A DNA stretch of 64,000 nt from Synergistaceae bacterium (GTDB lineage: Bacteria > Synergistota > Synergistia > Synergistales > Aminobacteriaceae), in NCBI GenBank assembly GCA_031274425.1, contig JAISQE010000067.1:1-64000 (forward strand), written 5' to 3'. Shown here one piece after another: positions 59,295 to 64,000 of this stretch. The notes beneath the pieces were generated by a model. The model worked only from the letters and a program-made list of their open reading frames with translations, was not told the origin of the DNA and did no database searches. The position numbers and the translations under genes are program-made. Numbering within the stretch: position 1 is the stretch's first letter; each line of letters opens with the position of its first letter.

Positions 59295-59918
59295 ATGGTT
59301 GGTCACTCTGAATGCTGGAGGTTTGGTCCCTTGAATCCCAAAACGAAGATTAAGGTTTTGAATTTACCGAATACGCTCAGCCTTGTGCGCGTTTTTTTGG
59401 CTCCCTTGGTGCTGTTGTTTCTTTCCCTGAGGATCAGCACTCCGGTCCCTTACGTGCCCGACATGGGGGGAGGGAGCCCCACCTGGGGGGATTTCCTGGC
59501 CGGCGGGGTCTTCATCGTCGCGGCGATAACGGACTCGTTGGACGGGTATATCGCCCGCAAGCACAAGTTGGTGACCACATTGGGGAAATTTATCGACCCC
59601 CTTGCGGATAAAGTCCTGGTCATTGCTGCGATGGTGGCGCTGGTGGAGTTGCAGCGCGTTCCGGCGTGGATGGTGGTCGTGATCATCACGCGGGAGTTCG
59701 TCGTAACGGGGCTGCGCTTGGTCGCGTCCGCGGAAGGGGTCGTCATCGCCGCCTCGCGCGGGGGCAAGATCAAAACGGTCTTTCAGATCATCGCCATCAG
59801 CCTCCTCATCTTGAAACTGCCGGGCGGAATGTGGCTGATGTGGGTGGCGATGTTCCTCACGGTTTGGTCGGGGATGGAATACCTTATCGACGGCGCGAAG
59901 ATGTTGATCGAGGAATGA
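59295..59918 (+). CDS. pgsA: CDP-diacylglycerol--glycerol-3-phosphate 3-phosphatidyltransferase
   Basis: CDP-alcohol phosphatidyltransferase motif DSLDGYIARK...GKFIDPLADK. Start uncertain (59265-59358). Confidence 0.85.
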   Translation: MVGHSECWRFGPLNPKTKIKVLNLPNTLSLVRVFLAPLVLLFLSLRISTPVPYVPDMGGGSPTWGDFLAGGVFIVAAITDSLDGYIARKHKLVTTLGKFIDPLADKVLVIAAMVALVELQRVPAWMVVVIITREFVVTGLRLVASAEGVVIAASRGGKIKTVFQIIAISLLILKLPGGMWLMWVAMFLTVWSGMEYLIDGAKMLIEE

Positions 59919-59960
59919 ACATAGTGAATATAGAGGAACGAACATAGGGAGGAAAACTCG

Positions 59961-61148
59961 GTGAAGCTCAAGACATTCGATTTCAAGGACGTGGAAAAAA
60001 AGAAGGTGCTGGTGCGCGTCGATTTCAACGTGCCTTTCAAAAACGGGAAAGTTCAGGACGACGCTCGTATTCGAGCTCACGCGTCCACGATCGATAAACT
60101 CGTGAACGCCGGAGCCAAGGTGGCTTTGGTCTCCCATTTCGGACGCCCCAAGGGGAAACCCATTCCCGAGATGTCCCTGGGACAGATCGCGGGCGATGTG
60201 GAGAAAGCCTACGGTAAAAAAGTGCGTTTCGTCGACGATTGCGTGGGCGAGAAGGTCGAGAGGGCGCTGGACTCGCTGGCGAAAGGGGAGCTGCTTTTGC
60301 TGGAGAACGTGCGCTTCCACGACGAGGAGCAGAAGAACGACGCGGGTTTTGCCGCGCGATTGGGGAAGCCCTTCGACGCGTTCGTCATGGACGCCTTCAG
60401 CGCGTCGCACAGAGCCGACGCCTCCACCAACGGAATCATGTCCGTGCTGCCCTCCTTCGCGGGAGACGTCCTTGTCAAGGAGGGCGAGATGCTGGGAGCC
60501 GTCAGCGAATCCCCCGCCAAGCCCTATGTCCTCATCCTCGGAGGGGCTAAGGTATCCGACAAAATCGACGTTGTGGGAAACTTATTGGACAAGGCCACGA
60601 CGATACTGATCGGCGGGGGAATGGCCTATACCTTCCTGAAGGCGCAAGGGCGCCCCATCGGAAAGTCCCTGTGCGAGGAGGATCGACTGGACTTCGCGCG
60701 GGCGACCCTGGAGAAGGCCAAGGCCAAAGGAGTGACGGTCCTTCTTCCCGTGGATAATATTGTCGCCGACGGCCTGGAGGCCACGGAAACGGAGACGGCG
60801 GAAAGCGACGCGATGCCGGAGGGCAAGATGGGGCTCGATATCGGCCCGAAAACGGCGAAGCTCTTCGCGGATGCCTTGAACGGCGCAAAATCCATTCTGT
60901 GGAACGGCCCTATGGGAGTGTTCGAAAACAAGCTCTTTGCCGCGGGCACGATTGCGGTGGGCGAGGCCGTCGCAAAGGCCACGGCCGCGGGGGCGACCTC
61001 CGTCATAGGAGGCGGCGACACGGCCTCCGCCGTTCGACAATTCGGTTTCGAGGCAAAAGTTTCCTACGTTTCCACGGGCGGAGGAGCCAGCCTCGAATAC
61101 TGCGAGGGTAAGAAGTTGCCGGGGATGGCCCCGTTGGAGGTCAAGTAA
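59961..61148 (+). CDS. pgk: phosphoglycerate kinase
   Basis: 395 aa PGK; GTG start with GGGAGG RBS. Confidence 0.95.
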   Translation: MKLKTFDFKDVEKKKVLVRVDFNVPFKNGKVQDDARIRAHASTIDKLVNAGAKVALVSHFGRPKGKPIPEMSLGQIAGDVEKAYGKKVRFVDDCVGEKVERALDSLAKGELLLLENVRFHDEEQKNDAGFAARLGKPFDAFVMDAFSASHRADASTNGIMSVLPSFAGDVLVKEGEMLGAVSESPAKPYVLILGGAKVSDKIDVVGNLLDKATTILIGGGMAYTFLKAQGRPIGKSLCEEDRLDFARATLEKAKAKGVTVLLPVDNIVADGLEATETETAESDAMPEGKMGLDIGPKTAKLFADALNGAKSILWNGPMGVFENKLFAAGTIAVGEAVAKATAAGATSVIGGGDTASAVRQFGFEAKVSYVSTGGGASLEYCEGKKLPGMAPLEVK

Positions 61149-61198
61149 AGAGCGCCGCGTTCGGCTTAGATTGATTGACGAAAGGAGTCTCTCCCAAT

Positions 61199-61993
61199 AT
61201 GAAGAAGATTTATCTCTACGGCAACTGGAAAATGAACATGAATCGAGAGGAAACGGAAAAATTTTACAAGGACTTCGGCGGGCAGGTTGCGGGCGACCCA
61301 GCGCTTCTCGCCGCGATGGGGAAGACGCTGGAGGTCGCGGTGTTTCCGCCTTTCACGTCTCTTGCGGCCGCGGAGGGCGCTTCGAAAAATCTCGATAAAA
61401 GAACCGTTCCGTTTCTGGGGGCGCAGAATGTCTACTTCGAGCCCAAGGGAGCTTTCACCGGCGAGATCTCCATCCCCATGCTGAAGGATTTCGGTTGCGC
61501 TCACGTCATTCTAGGGCACAGCGAACGCCGAACGATCTTCGGCGAGCCCGACGAACTGATCGCCGGAAAAGTCAAAGCCGTTTTGGACGCGGCGCTCGTT
61601 CCCGTGTTCTGCTATGGGGAGACGCTTGCGGAGCGGGAGGGGGACAAGACCTTCGACGTGGTGTCGAGACAGCTGCGCGCGGCGCTGTCCGGCCGGACCC
61701 CCGGGGAGGCGGAAAAGATCGTTTACGCCTACGAGCCCGTTTGGGCCATAGGGACGGGAAAGTCCGCAACCTCCAACGAGGCGCAGGAGGTTTGCGCCTA
61801 CAGCAAAAAACTGATTCGAGAGCTTGCCGGAAGCGCGGCGATGCCCGTCGTCGTGCTCTACGGCGGCAGCGTCAAGCCGGACAACGCCAAAGAGCTTTTA
61901 TCCATGGAGGCCATAGACGGCGCTCTGGTGGGAGGGGCATCCTTGAAAGCGGATTCTTTCCTGCAGATCTACAAAGCTTACGCCAATAATTAA
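61199..61993 (+). CDS. tpiA: triose-phosphate isomerase
   Basis: MKKIYLYGNWKMN...; AIGTGKSAT and ILGHSERR catalytic region. Confidence 0.95.
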   Translation: MKKIYLYGNWKMNMNREETEKFYKDFGGQVAGDPALLAAMGKTLEVAVFPPFTSLAAAEGASKNLDKRTVPFLGAQNVYFEPKGAFTGEISIPMLKDFGCAHVILGHSERRTIFGEPDELIAGKVKAVLDAALVPVFCYGETLAEREGDKTFDVVSRQLRAALSGRTPGEAEKIVYAYEPVWAIGTGKSATSNEAQEVCAYSKKLIRELAGSAAMPVVVLYGGSVKPDNAKELLSMEAIDGALVGGASLKADSFLQIYKAYANN

Positions 61994-62007
61994 GGGAGGT
62001 ATCACTA

Positions 62008-63750
62008 TTGTATAGACTACGTAAAGCCGCTTTCGCGGTGTTGTTCGTTTTCTCGTCGCTCGTTTTCTCCCCCGCCGCCGGCGCATGGGCGGCGAACCCG
62101 GAGGACGCGTTCAGCGCGAGGCCCGAGGCGTCCCTTTATTTCGCGTTGCGCCTGGAGGATCTGGGCGGGATGCTCAAAAAAATTTTTTCGCCGGCCAATA
62201 TGGAGATGCTCGCGAGCCTGGTGGATCCCGAGGACGCTCAGGGAATCCGGATCGCGGCGAATTTGGCGTCTCAGCTTCCCGCGAAGTCGGTCGCTTTCAT
62301 CGCGGGGATGGCGGGCAAGGCGGACCAAGAACTTCCCTTCCTCCAAATAGCGGCCTCCATGCCCGAGGAGGTTCGGGCCAAGCTGGACTTGGTCGCTCAG
62401 GGCAAGGCCACGCCCGAGGACCTGATCACGCTTCTTCTGGGCGACGCGGGACTGTTGTTCGCGGGAGAGCTGAACCCCGTCGTTCGAGAGGGCTCGAAGG
62501 GCCTGTATTACCTCCTCGACGAACTCGACGCGGGGAGCCCGGTTCTGGCCGCCCGAGAGAATTTGCTCTTGATCGCCCTTTCCTCGGCTGACCTGGAGGC
62601 CTCTTTAGCCGCGACGGAGAAGGCGGAAAACCGCCTTGCCTTCAAGCGCCGTTTCGAGAGCCCCAATTACTGGCTGATGCACTTGGACGTTCCGGCGCTC
62701 GCCAGCTTTGCCGAGGACGACCTGAAAAAGGAATTCGATCTGAAGCTCCTGAAATCGTACTTCAAAGCGCCGCTGGATTTCGAGGTGGCCTTCGACGCAA
62801 AGCCCGGGAGCTTCCTCGTTTCCAGTGAGGTCAACGCTCTGGAGGCTTTGACGGACGCATCCCGCTGGGAAAAAATAAAGCCGATACCCGGCGCGGGCCT
62901 GTTTCTTGCGGGAGGGGGCAAATTGTTTCTCGGTCTGAGCAGCGTGTACGCCTTTAAGGCGTCGGACTGGAACGTCTACCCGGAAATCGCCGCGACGTGG
63001 GGTAAATTCCTCAAGGAACTGGAAAAGAGGGGCCTCGCCGAAAAAGACGTGGAGGACCTTCTGACGGGCGCCATTTCCCTGGTCTTCGGAAGCGACGCCA
63101 CGATTTTGGGTAATCGGGCTCCGGGAGGGTACATCGCCTTGAGCGGGCAAGAGGGCGCCGCGTCCAAAATTTTGAACGCGATTTTGGAGGACGAGGCCTT
63201 TTCGCAGGCTGTCCCTCTATCGCCCTTGACGGTGGACGGCTGGAGTTCGCTCTTCATGGTGGATCCCGCCTTGGTTCCCGTTTCGCTGCTTTTGGGGGTT
63301 TCGAAAGACACGCTCTTCCTGGGCGTCGTTGACCCCAAAGGATTGGACAAGAAGCCGGAGTTCCCCTCGGAAGCCGCCGATCTGTTCGAAAACGACCTAT
63401 GTGTCTCGGGATTTTTCGACATTGCGGCGACGTGGGAATTTTGGAGAAAAGAGGCCTCCGACTCGACGTCGCCTTTGGGAGCGCTGCTGGCTCAGGATCC
63501 CGCCGAACTGGACATCATAAAAAATCTTCTGGAGTCGGAGCTTGCGGTGAGTTCCTTCAAGCTCTGGGCACCCACGCTGGAAACGTCCTTCGCGGAGCTC
63601 AAGATCGTCGACGTTCCGCGGGAAAAACGCCTTTTGCCCAAACTCCTGAAAGCGGTCGAGGCGTGGGAAAGTAAAGAAGAAGATAGAGAAGAAGAAAAAG
63701 GGGAAGGAGAGGAAAAAGAAGGGGAAGAGGAGCCTTCCGACCCCGAGTGA
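62008..63750 (+). CDS. secreted hypothetical protein with acidic Glu-rich C-terminal tail
   Basis: Signal peptide (MYRLRKAAFAVLFVFSSLVFSPAAGAWA); 580 aa; C-terminus KEEDREEEKGEGEEKEGEEEPSDPE. No recognisable domain. Confidence 0.5.
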   Translation: MYRLRKAAFAVLFVFSSLVFSPAAGAWAANPEDAFSARPEASLYFALRLEDLGGMLKKIFSPANMEMLASLVDPEDAQGIRIAANLASQLPAKSVAFIAGMAGKADQELPFLQIAASMPEEVRAKLDLVAQGKATPEDLITLLLGDAGLLFAGELNPVVREGSKGLYYLLDELDAGSPVLAARENLLLIALSSADLEASLAATEKAENRLAFKRRFESPNYWLMHLDVPALASFAEDDLKKEFDLKLLKSYFKAPLDFEVAFDAKPGSFLVSSEVNALEALTDASRWEKIKPIPGAGLFLAGGGKLFLGLSSVYAFKASDWNVYPEIAATWGKFLKELEKRGLAEKDVEDLLTGAISLVFGSDATILGNRAPGGYIALSGQEGAASKILNAILEDEAFSQAVPLSPLTVDGWSSLFMVDPALVPVSLLLGVSKDTLFLGVVDPKGLDKKPEFPSEAADLFENDLCVSGFFDIAATWEFWRKEASDSTSPLGALLAQDPAELDIIKNLLESELAVSSFKLWAPTLETSFAELKIVDVPREKRLLPKLLKAVEAWESKEEDREEEKGEGEEKEGEEEPSDPE

Positions 63751-64000
63751 GCCGCTTGGAGCGGGCTCTGCTCCCGTGAGCCGCGCCGCAAAGCAAAGTC
63801 CGATATTGCCCGAACGTTTACGTCCGGGCAATTAAATTTTTTCGAGAAGCGTCTATGTCAAATATGTTATTGTAGAATATCTTCATCGGCCGGATAAACG
63901 GCCGATGAGTTTTTTCGAGCCGAATTCGTGGGTTCGTTTGTATGAGTTCGTTTATAAAGGAGTGTCCGTCTTTGAATCGTTCGTTGAAAGAACGTTTTGC

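Noticed and set aside
58551-59306. 452-aa ORF extending gmk upstream
   Set aside because: Guanylate kinase homology covers only the last about 200 aa. The extension overlaps the Lrp gene on the opposite strand; a GTG start at 58550 is consistent.
1-64000. CRISPR arrays, rRNA, tRNA, integrases, transposases, toxin-antitoxin pairs, restriction-modification genes
   Set aside because: Scanned for regularly spaced short repeats and for the corresponding protein signatures in all six frames; none found.

Overview
GC-rich bacterial chromosomal segment of about 60 genes, densely packed on both strands. Gene content and a C-terminal sorting-signal-like tail on one secreted protein suggest an amino-acid-fermenting anaerobe, possibly Synergistetes-like (inference only). 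Recognisable content, in order along the window: (1) an NfeD-like/flotillin (SPFH) pair in which both genes appear frameshifted in this sequence. (2) A SurA-N chaperone-like protein, DedA, dapF, zapA and a zapB-like gene. (3) pheS-pheT, with rplT-rpmI-infC upstream. (4) panB-panE. (5) A TRAP transporter (dctPQM). (6) A minus-strand operon of a polar-amino-acid ABC transporter, a PIG-L deacetylase and a SelA-like PLP enzyme. (7) leuS-holA. (8) An M20 amidohydrolase. (9) A small secreted protein with a putative C-terminal sorting signal. (10) An orphan pxpA. (11) A lower-GC 476-aa hypothetical. (12) A three-gene NuoE/NuoF/NuoG-like operon whose large subunit carries an inserted GltD-like FAD/NAD(P) domain (Nfn-Bfu-type putative electron-bifurcating oxidoreductase), ending in a 17-bp-stem terminator. 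(13) A divergent V4R protein plus a soluble hybrid histidine kinase. (14) pgi followed by a yhfU/yhfS/yhfX/yhfW-like cluster of unknown function (DUF2620, PLP enzyme, racemase-like, phosphopentomutase-like). (15) A TetR gene convergent with a KASIII / CoA-transferase / alpha-beta-hydrolase / SDR operon. (16) A livHMGF operon with its binding-protein gene last. (17) pcm. (18) A priA whose helicase motifs look degenerate, then coaBC-rpoZ-gmk. (19) lrp, pgsA, pgk, tpiA. (20) A 580-aa secreted protein with an acidic tail. No rRNA, tRNA, CRISPR array or obvious mobile element was found. Many long ORFs on the opposite strand of real genes are GC-rich reading-frame artefacts.
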